Origin: the human T2T-CHM13v2.0 reference genome, Homo sapiens
Direction: 5' to 3' (one strand)
NCBI RefSeq assembly: GCF_009914755.1
Contig: NC_060941.1
Length of the DNA: 64,000 bases
The notes beneath the pieces are model-generated. The model had not been told where the DNA came from and did no database searches. It saw only the letters and a list, made by a program, of their open reading frames with translations. The translations under genes and the position numbers were made by a program. Numbering within the stretch: position 1 is the stretch's first letter; each line of letters starts with the position of its first letter. Shown one piece after another: positions 41,136 through 54,769 of this stretch.

Positions 41136-43091
41136 AATTCCATTTTGCATCATGCCAGGTGACATAAAAGTGTAAAAAAGTAGTAGATGGTATGTTCTTA
41201 GTTTGGTCCATGGATAATCAATTATTGATGAAAATCTACTTCTATCAGGGTAGCTAAATGGTTTCCAAGAGTTTTGTCTGTATGAGGAACCTATGGATAC
41301 CTTGAGACAAAGAAGGAAAAAAGTACTTTGAAATTTGCAATCATGCTCAGCAAAGTTCTTCTCACACTCTCCAGGGGATGGAAAACTCATCTGGAGGTAG
41401 AAGAGAGTTAAGCTGTCCAAGATTCTTTCATGAAACATGTTGATTTTTGTGTGTGTGTATGTGAGGTGAAAAGAATTTTAGATGTAACACAATGTTGAGA
41501 CAAATGTTATCTGACTCAAACTGGGAGAAATCATATTTAAAATAGCATGGTCTAAAAAATTAAAAGAACAGGGCAATAGTTTCAGGGATCATCAAAGAAA
41601 ACTGACACCACTGAGTAAACATCGCACCAGAGTCCCAGTGAAAGAAGCACTCAGAGTAATGGAAGAAAGTCAACATAAGCTGTTGTAACAATGTCAGCCT
41701 CCTGTGATAACCCTAAGGTCACTTTCCTAGTGGGAACCAAGAGACAGAAACATATGGGGATCATGGCTATCAAGTGGCAAACTGGAAAGCAGCATATTAA
41801 CTGTAGTATCTGCCAAGGTAAAAGATAGGTCGCCCTGGACCCAGCCCAGTGCAGACAGACAGAGGAAGGATTGGGATGCTAAGTTGTTCCATTAGGTGGG
41901 GACCCAGGTCAAAGCCTATGTTCTTTACAGAACCATGTCCTTTGTTCACCCACCCTAGACTGCTACATACTGGGGATCAAGGATAAAAATGACTTCTCAT
42001 GGGAGTAAATGAAGGAACAATGAAAGTAGTATAATAATTTTGTGCTTAATTACACATTCAGACTGCAGGTGCTGTAGATAGCTAGTGACAAGAGAATGGC
42101 CATCCAGAAAAGAATGGGATACAAGTATTTGCCCTCCTGCAGTTCTTCATTGAGTGTAGTCAGCCAAGAATAAATTTAACTTTACTTTCTTTTAATGCCT
42201 GTCCCTGGGAATTTCTTATCCCATAAAACACCAACCTTATAAAATTAGAGCACCATCCCTTTTTCCTCGAGTGGATTTCTCTTCTCATTTTCCTTTTATT
42301 AATTAAAAGATAATGCTCTAAACTCTGGCAGTACCCCTTTTCACTGTGGGCTCCCCTGGCCCACTTTCTGCAGTATATCAACTTATTTATATTTATTTGT
42401 CCTAATACCTATGTTTTCAATTGGTTTCTATTATGCAACACACCACAGGGAAAGAGTCTAGTATTAAAATCACACTGTGTAGTTTAATTCCACTTTAATG
42501 CTAGGACTCTGGTTTTAATCAACTTATTTTGATCACAGAATAATTCTCAGTAATAATCCAGGGGTGTCAGGCAGGCCATCAGCTGAGAGTAATCAAATGA
42601 GTCTCTCCACCTCTTCTCTCTCTCTTCCATATAGAATAGTGCATTTCTTCCACTTCACATAAACTGGAGCTAAAGCCAGGTTCCAAATTAGTCTCGTGAA
42701 ATTGTAACTGACTCTCTATTACCAACTTGTAATGGGAATTAATGGAGTGAATAATCTAAAATCATGGGTGGTTCTGAATTAATGATACTTGTCTTGAGTA
42801 ACACAATATATGCTTTTTCCCTCCAAAAGATGTACATTTCTTATTAATGATGTTTTCTTGATCTCTAAGTAGACATCAAGAAAAAGAAGATAGTACTTTT
42901 TAGAATGCCAAGCAAGCGTTGTTTGGGGTACTTTGTAAACACTGTCTTGTGCAATCACTCCATGAGGAAGGTATTCTTCTAGTTTATGGAGTAGGAAGTT
43001 CAGAGCAGCAGAGGATTGTGGGAAAACCTCTGGGCTAAGAGTTAGGGAAAACAGTTCTAGATCATCACACAGGTATTGAAAATGAAGGATA

Positions 43092-43705
43092 TGTGTTGCG
43101 GCAATGTAGCTAAGTTGGAATTTTGTTTTTAAAATGTTCTTTTGCTGCAGTTCCGAGTTAGTGTGGGCCACAAGAGACATTTTGTGTGGGACTGGAAGGC
43201 AGAAGTAAGGTGTCAGCCATGTTCTTTTTATGTGGGCAAGATTGGTGTTGAGTATGAGGCACTGGTGTAGTGCACAAGCCTTGTCACTTTTCTGCCAGCC
43301 TGAGTTGTGAGTGTGGGGCAGTGACTGGGCCTGCAGCACCTTCAGTTCCTGCTGGACATCCTCTGTGTGTTCATATCTGTGAAGAAGGATGCCAGCTCTT
43401 CCTGCAGATCATTCCATCATCAAAGTTGAAAGCTGGGTATGGTGAGAGACTGATGTATGTTTCAGCTGTCCTTATAGGTTCCAGCCTGTCCATTCTGTCC
43501 TTGTTTCCCTGACTTCACATCTGTCTTTTCTTCTCTACTGCTTTACATGTGGGCTTCAGGCTCTAGCACCAAGACACAGAAGCAGTAGCTTCATATAGAC
43601 TGTTTATCCAGCACCCACAATTGCGTAACATCCAATCCTTGGAATAATTCTTTACTCTTTACAGCTCCTATCAGGTCTGCTTCTCGGATCAAACTCTGAC
43701 AATGA
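43092..43705 (+). mobile_element. LTR33-family solo LTR (ERVL)
   Basis: 'gttagtgtgggccacaagagacattttgtgtgggactggaaggcagaagt' and 3' 'ccagcacccacaattgcgtaa...ctgcttctcggatcaaactctgac'. Confidence 0.75.
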
Positions 43706-44269
43706 GCAATCCTAGGAAATCATTCCTCTCCTCACGTAACTGTTTCTTAATCAATAATTAGTCCCTCTGGCTCTATGGTGAAAATGAAGCATGACACAGA
43801 ATTGTGCTAAGGGTTTTTTCTTTCTGTTCAGATAATTCACAAAATAGGCAATTTGCATTTTAATAATCATAAGCTAAATTAACAGGTGATGCTGTTGTGA
43901 AGGTAAGAATCACTATTGGGAATTATATCTTGGACTTCATGATGTGAGCAACATTTTAAGGAAGTCCTCAAGCCCTGGGCCACTGATGTGACGAAGCCTG
44001 TGATGAATATGAAGGTTGAGAGCAAGACCTATGGTTTCTGAATATCCTGGTTTCATGCAGGTGTAGTGAAAGCAATAAATCCACACATGAGTTTAACACC
44101 TTGTTTCTTTCAAGTGCTTTCACAGATAGTGGCCACACTTGTCAAAATGCTTGCCTTATAAACTTGCTGTGAGAAACACATTGATAATGGATCTGGAGAC
44201 CTCAAGATGAAGCTAGGCACACAGTCATGAATTAATGGTAATTACTATGCTTTACTTTTGTATGTCTCT

Positions 44270-44820
44270 TTGACTTTCGCTAGCTCTCTTCAGTGGATCT
44301 TCAGAGTAATCTTGAAATGCTGTTAACACCCACTTAAGAGGAAATAAGCACAGAGTATAAAAATGGCTTGCTTGAAGGTCATATGGCTGGCAAGTGGTAC
44401 AACAAGGACCAATAATCAAATTCACTGAAATAATGATAGAGCTGATAAGTATGGAACATATAAGCATGTGTCAGATATTGCCTATGCATATCAGTTCATT
44501 TAATCCTCACAAATAAACCTATGAGGGTAATAATAGTATCCCTTTTTTATAGATTAGGGAACTGAGGTTCAAATATTAAGAGAGGTTAAGTTATCTCTAT
44601 GTTGTATCAAGTTAAACGGTAATGAGGATTAAAATCTCGACTACAGATGATCAAGTGGCTGGGGGGTGGGGGTGGGTATAGTGTTCTAAGCCTCAGCTTA
44701 TTAACAATGAAACAGTACAGTACTTATCTCAAACTGTTATTCTGAGGACTAACCAAGCTAAGATAAGTAAGCTGCTGATACCATGCCTGACATGTACTGA
44801 GCACTCTTTTTGTTGTTAAT
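44270..44820. mobile_element. Cluster of three MIR fragments (two on -, one on +)
   Basis: 'tttaatcctcacaaataaacctatgagg...atagattagggaactgaggttc' and 'aagcctcagcttattaacaatgaaac...ccatgcctgacatgtactgagcactc'. Confidence 0.65.
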
Positions 44821-44871
44821 TGTCTCACTAGGGCTTAGTCTACGAAGACCTGGTGCCTTTATTGCTTAACC

Positions 44872-45069
44872 AGGGATTAGTTCACTATGGTCCATGGGTC
44901 AAATCCAGCCTGAGGCCTGTTTCTGTGTGGCCTATGAGGTAAGAATGTTTTTAAATTTTCAAAGGATTGTAAAAAACAAAGCAGAATATGCAACAGAGGC
45001 CTGTGTGGCTTGCAAACCCTAAAATCTTCACTATCTGGTCTTTTATAGAAAAAGTTTGCCAAACCATAG
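44872..45069 (+). mobile_element. MER58-family (MER58C-like) hAT-Charlie MITE
   Basis: 'caggga...ggtccatgggtcaaatccagcc...cctaaaatcttcactatctggtcttttatagaaaaagtttgccaaacc'. Confidence 0.85.
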
Positions 45070-45888
45070 ACTATCCATGCTGTTTTTTCAACCTTGTGAT
45101 GCAGAACTAAAAGAGACAGAAAGCCTATATTGATTTAGTCTAAAAATGCAGAGCTCAACTTAGAGATCTTGGAAGATAGAGGAGTGAATGAAAGAAGTAG
45201 AAGAAAACTGTGTTTGGTGTTTTTCAGTGAAGTGAATAAGACTACATGAGATAGTAGATATTCTCTGCCGTTGCTGTTGCACCTTTCTGTAAGCAATTAA
45301 AGGATAAGTAACTATAGGGAAGTTTTTTTTTTAATAGGGGATATTGCTCCCTGTCATGCCACGTAATCTCTTACCATTTTTAGGAGACATTCTAGTAAAG
45401 ATTATTATAAATTTTTGAAAGTGGATTTGTGTTTTCTTTAGGGTGCTGCACTGTATAGAAATAGGCCATGAGGCAGCCCAACTTTATTAGGGTTAGATAT
45501 GTATCTTCTCAAAACTATCCTGCCTGAAGCAGATTTTAAGTTTCTACCATTCACATCTTTCTATGATAAAAATGGGTGTTTGGGAGACAGCATTTATCTT
45601 CATGAAAAATACACATAATAATGTTACAGCGAAGTCATTGTGCTGGAGAGCTCAGGGCAGCCTTCCATTTGGCTGACCCTGAAGGCAACAGTTACCCTGA
45701 GGTTCAAGGCTACTAGCCTCCTTTCTAGGTCAAAAATAAGGAGGGGCAAGAAGCACTTAAGACAGATAACCTGATAGCCACTCTGAGATTTATCCTGGTT
45801 TTAACAAAAATATGTTAGGAAGAGAGTAAAGAGCCCACACATATTAAAGCAAACAAGTGCTTCCAAGACTCCCATGAAACTTTAATTA

Positions 45889-45999
45889 ATGGCACATGTA
45901 TACATATGTAACAAACCTGTACATTGTGCACATGTACCCTATAACTTAAAGTATAATTTTAAAAAAAGAAAAGTTATAAATGAAAAAAAAAATAAAAAA
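45889..45999 (+). mobile_element. Extreme 3' tip of a younger L1PA (L1PA3-7 type)
   Basis: 'atggcacatgtatacatatgtaacaaacctgtacattgtgcacatgtaccctataacttaaagtataat' plus A-rich tail. Confidence 0.9.
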
Positions 46000-46539
46000 C
46001 ATGAATCTCCTGGAAATGTTTCTTGGTTGGCCCACTGCAGAGGTAAGGTGTGTGAGAAAGACAAGCAGTGATCTGTATCAGGGAGAGAGGGGAGGCCAGA
46101 GGGCATGTGAGCCAAGCCTACAAATTCATACAGGGCCATAAAAAGTGCAGGTGACTCTGGGACTACATACAGGAGGTGCTACTGCAAAGAAGTGACCAGC
46201 CTGGGGTCATCGAACAGAGAATGTAGAGGAGGCAAGATGGATAGTTATGGAGTCAAAGAAAAAAAGTCCAATGTCTAAACCAATGGTGAGACTTCAGGGG
46301 GTTCTTTAAATGGATGCCTGCACAAAAATAAATAATGAGCATGCACTATATCTACACTTATTTATGGATTATTTTCAATGAATAATTTTATTTTATTCTT
46401 AAAATTCATGTAGGGAGAAGGAATCAAGTTCTCCATTTCAGAAATTAGAAAAGTTTCAAAAAGGGAAAGGAAGTATATCCATTAAGCTCCTCTGATGGAC
46501 ATTCAGGGACTCCGTAGACATTTCCACATTCCCTCATGT

Positions 46540-46720
46540 AAGCATCGCAAGAAGCCAGTGTGCTTATTACCATGTATTTAGGTGTTATTGTTGTCTTTTA
46601 ACATATGAAAAAGTTGTGACTGAGAAGTTTAGTCGAGATCCCACACAATTAGCAAGCTCTAAAGTTGGAATTTGAGCCCTATGTCTGGCTATAACCTTGA
46701 CCTCTTTCCATTATACAATC
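46540..46720 (-). mobile_element. MIR fragment
   Basis: 'cccacacaattagcaagctctaaagttggaatttgagccctatgtctggct'. Confidence 0.5.
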
Positions 46721-46959
46721 CTTCCTTCTCTATGTAGGATTATCCTACCTTCAGAAATAAGGAGACAAAGGTTTGCACAGGAATGAGGTTTGCTGTCTCC
46801 AAGTCTCTTGTTCTTTCTAGAGATCAAGCTGCTTCCACTTTTTTCCTCAGGTTATACGATGGGCCTGTCAACAGATTGATCTCCTTATTGATCCCTGAAT
46901 ATAGTCCCATTAACCTGTGGACCACTGTACATGTTGCTCCCCTTGCCACAGATAACCTG

Positions 46960-47295
46960 ACCTGTTATTTACATTTTTCAAGTCAAACTTGAGCATCAGC
47001 TCCTCCTGGAAGTCTTCCCTCACCCCTTTTTCACTGTGACAACCATCATGGCTCCCCACGGATGCCCTCCAGTTTATAAAGATGCCTGTCCTGTGGGTTC
47101 CCATAATACCTTATCATCTCCCTACAAGCAAATACCACAGTACATTGTAAGAGCCAGATTGCATATGTATTTCTTTTATTTTACCATATATTCTTTGAAG
47201 GCAGGGGCTGTGCTCACTGTTTCCCCGGGCTCCAGCATGGTCCCTGACTACTGGTGGTAAGTTAGTATCTGTTAAAAGAATGAGTAGATGAAAGC
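46960..47295 (+). mobile_element. L2 3' end
   Basis: 'catcagctcctcctggaagtcttccctcaccc...tttgaaggcaggggctgtg...ccagcatggtccctgac'. Confidence 0.7.
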
Positions 47296-50149
47296 TTTGT
47301 TTACCTTTTTAATAATTTTTAGGCTACAATTTTGAATAGTAGATCAAAGAAATACAAACAGGAATGTTCATTATTTTATTATTTATCCAATGATACTGGA
47401 GTAGGAGAAGCTTCAGACAGAGGGATTTGATATGGAACTTGCAACTCAGGTAGGAAACAAAAGTTCACACAAAAGGGAAATGGATACACTTAGTTGCAAT
47501 GACTTTAAGGAAAAGGCAGAGAAAGAGACCTCCCACCTGTCCTGTTGACTTTTATCAGCTTTTACTTTGTTTTGATACTGAGCTAATCAAATTAGTATCT
47601 ATTTCCACTTCTATGTGCAAAAAAGCTTATTTCTAAGGGATTAAAACATTTCCTAAAAATATTCAGAATAGATACTTATAGTAAAAACTAAAACAAAACA
47701 AAAAAAACCCTTAACACAACACATAATAAGTATCTGTCTCTTATGAGGACAACCACCAAAAATAACATGCACATCCCAAAGGGCTGCTTCCTCGTTACAT
47801 TAATACATCAAAATATCTACTTATGATGATTGATTTGTAGATGTTGATGCTGAAAACCCATTTATCATTTGCACTGCAATTTGCCCATCTTTACAGATCA
47901 TAAAAATTCATTGAATTATGCTTCTTCTTATACTATAATTTAATATCTTGTTTTCAGCACCAGAATAAATCCCCATAAGTAATAATTTCCCTATGTTACC
48001 CTTTAGCAGTCAGTCCCAATCAATGCATTTTATATACACACATGCATATGAAAAGTTAATGAAACAAGTTTCTCACTTCATAATTTCTTAACTGGAACCC
48101 AAACCAAAAGACACAGAGAGAAGTACCTACCTATTTAGGAATCAGAACAACAAAATTACCCAGTTAATAAGAAAGTCAGCTGCATATTTCTAAAATAAGT
48201 ATAACATCTTGCTCATTCCACCAAAACTGTAATTTATAACCAACACTGTGGAAAAGACACATGTATGTATTTTCTTAGAAGTTCACAGTAGAGATTTTTA
48301 GTACAGCCATTCTACGCCTTAGACACTAACAAGACAATTAATAAAATGATGTAACACTGGAGATCTGGAATAAATGTATGACTTTTGCATTATTAGTACA
48401 CATGACATTATCTTACCTTATTTTCACATCATTTCTACAAAATGCTCTAAGTATTTTAATAATTAATATGTACTTTTTCAATCTTTTAGAGAAAGTGAGG
48501 CATGGAGAAGTTCAGATAATGCCTCAAAAATATGAATGAGATAGTGAAAACGCAAAATGAAAATAAGATAACAGACCAATCCCATCCTCTAATGCAAAAC
48601 TCTCTATTTTTATTGTAAAATTATGAAAATCCCCAATTATTTTTAGCCTCTGAAGAAATTTGCTAATTGTTCTCAGACATCCAAAGCTAGGTCAAGAACA
48701 AGACTCTTTTTCCCCCTCAAGTCATAAACTTGTCTAAAATAAAGTAAAACAAAGACTTAAGAAATAAGACCCTCAAGTACTAAAGTGCTTTTGAACTTCA
48801 ATCGTATATTAGCAAGTTATTCTGAAGTATATAACCAAGATCCTGGATCTCCAAAAATCTCAAGTTGTGAATACCTCTATAGCACATCATTTCTCCCATA
48901 AAATGTAGGAAAATACAAAATAATAATTCAGTGAACCCTTTAGGACCTTAATGATTCTACAAATACATTAATAAAATCATTTAAAAATCTATAAAAATAA
49001 ATTCTGCTTCCCAAATAAACACAACACCCCATTATGCTTCCACATTACTGTTGTGACATTATTGTGAAGTTACTGGAATCTTTAAAGAAACTTTTAATCT
49101 CCATTAATTATTGATCTCTAAACAATGAATAATGGATGACTTCCAAAGCTTATTGAGATGAAGAAGGTGGGCAGTCCACCTGGGCTACTCCCTGGCCAAA
49201 GAGATTGGCCAGATCACACTGTGTGTTTCCAGTCTATGCCTCAGTGGTATTATACTCATCACACAATATGACTCTTTAGGGTACTTTGTCAATAGGAAAC
49301 ACCATGAGTGTTGCATACTGCCTGGAAGAGCTCCCTTTAACTGGTTTGGAGAACAGCTGTCAAAGCCATTTCATGGATTGACAATTCTTTACCAGACTTT
49401 CATGGTCCAGGGGAGCTATTGGGGTTTTGTCTGCTATGTTGATGTAATGATAAACTTTTCAAAAAGATCCTTTTACATCCTCACAAATTCTGTTTCAGAG
49501 AACTTTCTCTAAAATGTATTGATCTCTTGGCTCTATTGACTTATAATAATTAGTCATATGATAAACAACCAGCGGCTGGAGAATGGTGGGCCATAAACCA
49601 GATTTGCTTTCAACATCTGGTCATGGAAGGAGAAGAGTGACACTTGAAGAGGTAAGAAAGGTGAGGGTGAGCTGACTTAAAGGTTCAAAGCAAAAAGATG
49701 AAAAAAAGACTGCCTTTATGTATAAAAATTTCCATCACACAGAGAGCGTCCTTTGTTCTTAGGGGTGATGCCATATTGCAACTTTTATCCCATGTAATTG
49801 GTAAGGTAATGAGATGGCCAAAGAGAGATGATGCTGAAGGCACATACTATAAAATCGCTGATGAACAGAGACCACAGATTTTGGTCTCTGTCTCTGTACA
49901 AGGAAGTAGCACCTGATATTATTTCTATTGACTGCTCCAGTATTACACTAGCAGTTCCTACAGAAGGAAGTATGAACTCATGATGGGCAGATTACTCTAT
50001 TCTGTCCCTTTGTTCCCAACTAGCTATACTGAAAAAAGAAAATGGGGTAGAAAATTATAAAATATTTAAATAAAATTGGGGCTAAATATGGGGCTAAAAT
50101 TATAAAATATCACAATAAAAATTTCATAAAATTTGGAATATTAAAATGC

Positions 50150-51940
50150 TAATGCCATGTGCTTCTACTCAGATTTAGCAAATGTTAACACTTACCATTC
50201 TTTCAACAAATCTCTCTTTGTGAGAAAAAGGCAAATGTAGTGGAAGATCAATTTTCATCACTTTTAAGCATTTTTTTCCCTCTTTCCCTAGAGGTAATCA
50301 AGGTCCCAAAGCTGTTTTATATCCTTTCTGATTGTTGTTTGTATATTTTTATCACCTATCTGCATCTCCACATAACACATAGCATTTGAGTTTTAAAAAG
50401 TTTTACATAAATGTAATCATATAGTATTTATGCTGCAATTTGCTTTTTCACACAAGATTGGTTGAGATTTTTCAGTGTTGATAAGGAAAAATCTAGCTCA
50501 TTCAAGTTCAATAATATATTCCTGTATAAATACATCTTCTAAAAAATGTCATTGTGATTCTTGGACCCTCTTGGAATTTTAATTAGAATATTACTAAGTT
50601 GATTAATCTGAGATTAATGTCTTCATTATATTAACTTTAGCCAGTCGTGCACATTGTGATTCTTTCTCTTTCATCCAATCTTTTAGATCCTTGAATTGCA
50701 CGTTATAATTTTTTGATTGTTGTTAAAGCCATTTTACACATATTATGTACATAGTTAGAGGTTCCTTGTAGTCATTATTATCAATGGAAATTTTTTTCCT
50801 ATTATATTCTCTATTTTGTTATGGCTGATATGTAAAAACACTCTCAAGTTTTTATATTGATCTGATGTGCAATAAACCTTTTAAACACCCTTCTAACAGT
50901 TTGGCTGGAAATTCATTTTCAAATATCTATATAATCATATCATATTCAAATAGTGACAATTTTTTTTCTTCTTTTCCAATCAACCTATAGTTTATATTCT
51001 TCTCTTTTCTTTCCAGTAACAAATTTAAGTGCTAGCAGTAGCCTTGAATATCTTATATCTTACTAAATACCTGTCTTTAATGGAAAAATTTCTTACATTT
51101 CATCCATAAGTAAGGTGTTTGCTAGAATGTTGGTGGATACTCTTCAATAGATTAAGAGTATTTGATCCTTAGGTCGATAAGAATTTTTATTATGAATAAT
51201 GCTAAAATTTAGAAATATTTTTTCCTACTTCTATTGAAGTGATTGTGTGATTGTTTTCTTTAATCAATGTACAGAATTATACTGAGAGATTTTTATGAAT
51301 TTTTATGATAGTGGCCTATGGTCATATTCCTGGAAGAAAAAGACTTAAAAAATAGTTCAATGTATTTATAATACTCTGTTGGATTTAATTTGCTGATGTT
51401 TTATTTACAATTTTGTATATATGATCACACATGAGAATAGCTTATACTTTTTTTTCCTCTTCTGTTTTTATCTCCTCTTGATGTTAAGACTATATTAGCC
51501 TCATAAAATGAATTGGGTAGCATTCTTTATTTTTCTATTCTCTGAAACAGTTTGGACTATATATGTACCATCACTTACTCATAAATCCATTTATACCTAT
51601 AGTTTTCTAAGAAAGACATTTTATAATAGCTACTGGTTCGTTTTGGTTTCAAACTAAGTTTTCAAGCAACTTTAATAATTTAATTTATTAAGAAAACTAT
51701 CCATCTCTTAATATTTTAAATATTTGGTGTAATAAAATGACTGATCAAAATAGTACCATAGTTTTATCTTTCCACTGTATCTACAGTTGCATTATTTTTT
51801 CATTACTCATTCAGTCTCTCTTTTTTCTTAATCAGTCTTGCTAATTTATTCTTTAATACAATCAGTTTTATTTTTCAAAGGGCCAGTTTTACTTGTATTG
51901 ATCATCTCTTCTTTGTTTTCTATTTCATTATTGCTTCTTT
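50150..51940 (-). mobile_element. Ancient L1ME-type 3' UTR and ORF2 fragments
   Basis: T-rich antisense L1 motifs: 'ttttatattgatct', 'ttggatttaatttgctgatgttttattt', 'attagcctcataaaatgaattgggtagcatt'. Confidence 0.75.
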
Positions 51941-52659
51941 CCAGAGGATTCCTTTGCAAACAAAGTTCTAAACCATTTGAGGAAAACTATTACAAAGAAA
52001 GTCGATAAAATCAACAATTAAGATTTGACTATACTCCAAATAGAATAAAGATCATAGAGGAAACTGAAAGTAAATTTTAAGTGAGATGGTTCAGAATACA
52101 TGCCTAGATAAAAACATAAGAACTATTTTTATTGAGAAGATAACGTATTAGACAACAATCACTAGGGAATGGGGTGCGTAAAGTATTTAATGTATAATTG
52201 TCTTTTGGAGGGAACAGCATAGGAAAACTAAATAATTTACATATTGGTTAAGTATGTTAATTTAATGGAGTACTCTGCTAGAGCTTTTCTAATTTCAATT
52301 TTTTGTTTTTTTCTATTACTGCTATGTGTTTGAATCAGAAGAAGGGCAATGTCATCTTGACAACTTACATATTGTAAGTTATAGATCCTCCAGTATCTTT
52401 CTTTTACTTAGGAAACTTTGAAAGATAACCTCAGTCTCAAGTGTCATGTAGATCTTAGATACATAAAGTTCTTTGAACTTGCTCAATTAAAAAAATGGAA
52501 CTGAAACATGAATGTATTGGGCTTCCTATCCAAGCTTATTTTTTGATCCTGCTTTTGAATACCTTTCCCTCTTTCCAAACAGAAGAGCTGATGCTGCTCT
52601 TGAGGGCTTGGCATTTTTCTGCCTTTCTTTGTTTAAGGTTTCACCTTTCCCTCAGTTCC

Positions 52660-52770
52660 TCACCTAAATACTAGACCATGAGCTTCTAGAGGATAGGAAG
52701 TGCTTCTTATCTTTTTGACTTTGGTGCCTAGTACATTGCCTGGCACAGAGTACTGAAGAGTTATTTCTCT
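52660..52770 (+). mobile_element. L2 3' terminus
   Basis: 'ctagaccatgagcttctagaggatagga...gtgcctagtacattgcctggcacagagta'. Confidence 0.65.
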
Positions 52771-53489
52771 AATAGTTACAAGTGCTTCCTTTTGCCATTT
52801 ATCTTAGTCTATCTCATCTCTATAGATATGAACATAGCCCTTAAAGACACTACAAGTCTAAATCTCACTCCTTCAAGAGTCAGCCTCCCTCTATTGTAAA
52901 GCTTTTCTTTATAGTGACAACTGGAAATAATTCAATTTTGAAAGTTTTTTTTTAACGTGTCTCTTTTATGCCACTTATTGTTTTCTATACCATAAGACAG
53001 TGATTTATGGACATAGATTTTCTTTTTTACAGGACTGTAAACCCTCTAAGACCAGGATCCATCTAATTTTTGTTCTATACAAAGCAAAACAATTTATAAA
53101 TATTTGATGAATAAATACTTTATAACATAAAGGAAATGATCATGTTTGAATTTTTCACTTGTTTGCCTTTTAATTAATCATTATTTTCACCAGGCCAGTA
53201 AGAAGATTGCTGAACTATGGTGCTGATGTGTCACCTGGAGAGCAGATGTCCTATGGGCATGAAATGTTGCCTTACTTCCTTTTAACAAGAATCAACCCCT
53301 CAACGTTGGCTTTGTAGCAAGGCTACATAAAATTACCAGGCTTTCAGAATACCTCTAAAGCAAAGGTCAATTATAATTTGTTGGATAATTTCTCTTCTAA
53401 ATTTATAATTCTGAGATGTTTAATTTTAGAGTGATAAAAATTATGATTCAAAACTCACATTTTAAATCAGAATGAGCAAATTCAACAAA

Positions 53490-54480
53490 AACAAAGATAA
53501 ACAGATGGGACTTAATTAAACTAAAAAGCTTCTGCACAGCAAAAGAAATAAATCAGCAGAGTTAATAGACAACCCACAGAGTGGGAGAAAATCTTCACAA
53601 TCTATATATCCAACAAAGGACGAGTATCCAAAATCTAAAAAGAACTCAAATCAGCAAGAAAAAATAAAGCAATCCTATCAAAAAGTGGGCTAAGGACATG
53701 AATAGACTATTCTCAAAATCAGATATATAAATGGCCAAGAAGCATATGGAAAAATGCTCCACATCACTAAATATCAGGGAAATACAAATCAAAACCACAA
53801 TGCAATACCACCCCACTCCTGCTAGAATGGCCATAATAAAAAAATTAAAAAATAATAGATGTTGGCATGGATGCTGTGAAAAGGGAACACTTTTACACCG
53901 TTGGTGGGAATGTAAACTTGTACAACCACTATGGAAAACAGTGTGGCGATTACTTAAAGAACTAAAAGTAGATCTACTGTTTAATCCATCAATCCCACTT
54001 CTCGGTATCTACCTAGAGGAAAAGAGTTATTATAGAAAAAAGATACTTGTGCACACATGTTTACAGCAGCACAATTTGCAATTGCAAAAATATGGAACTA
54101 ACCCAAATGCCCATCAATCAATGAGTGGATAAAGAAAATGTGCTGTGTGTGTGTATGTGTATGTACATACACATACACCATGGAATACTACTCAGCCATA
54201 AAAAGGAATTAAATAATGGCATTCACAGCAACCTGGATGGAAGTGGAGATTATCAATCTAAGGGGAGTAACCTAGGAAAGGAAAACCAAACATAGTATGT
54301 TCTCACTCATTTGTGAGAACTAACCTATGAGGACACAAAGGCATAGAAGATACATTGGACTTTGGGGACTGGGGGAAAATGTGGGGGATGGTGAGGGATA
54401 AAAGACTGCACATTGGGTACAGTTTACACTACTTGGGTGATGGGTACACCAAAATCCCAGAAATCACCACTAAATAACTT
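53490..54480 (+). mobile_element. L1PB2/3-type fragment, truncated at both ends
   Basis: ORF2 C-terminus ('[32 protein letters not shown]'). 3' UTR 'gggtacaccaaaatcccagaaatcaccactaaataactt' stops before the poly(A) tail. Confidence 0.9.
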
Positions 54481-54769
54481 AAAGAATGCCTGGGATTTTT
54501 TATATTTTGTTCAACATGAACTTATTAATATTATTTATATTAGAAAAATGCATGTTAGTGCTGTTTCAGACTCAGAAAAGCTGATGTAATCCAATCAAAA
54601 ACTTAAATCCATTCTATCAGTAGATGTATCATTAAGGTTTAAATTCAATGAGCAGGGAATGAAGTCAAGTTTCAGCAAATTTACTGTAGAAAATGATGAT
54701 AAGAAGTGTGCAAAGTGGAATGCTACAAACACACAAGCAGTTGGCGGGGGCGGGGGAGGGGGCACAGAG

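Noticed and set aside
42779-43339. Longest ORF in the window (186 aa, - strand)
   Set aside because: Runs antisense out of LTR33 into AT-rich flank, has a non-ATG start and no domain-like composition. Consistent with chance.
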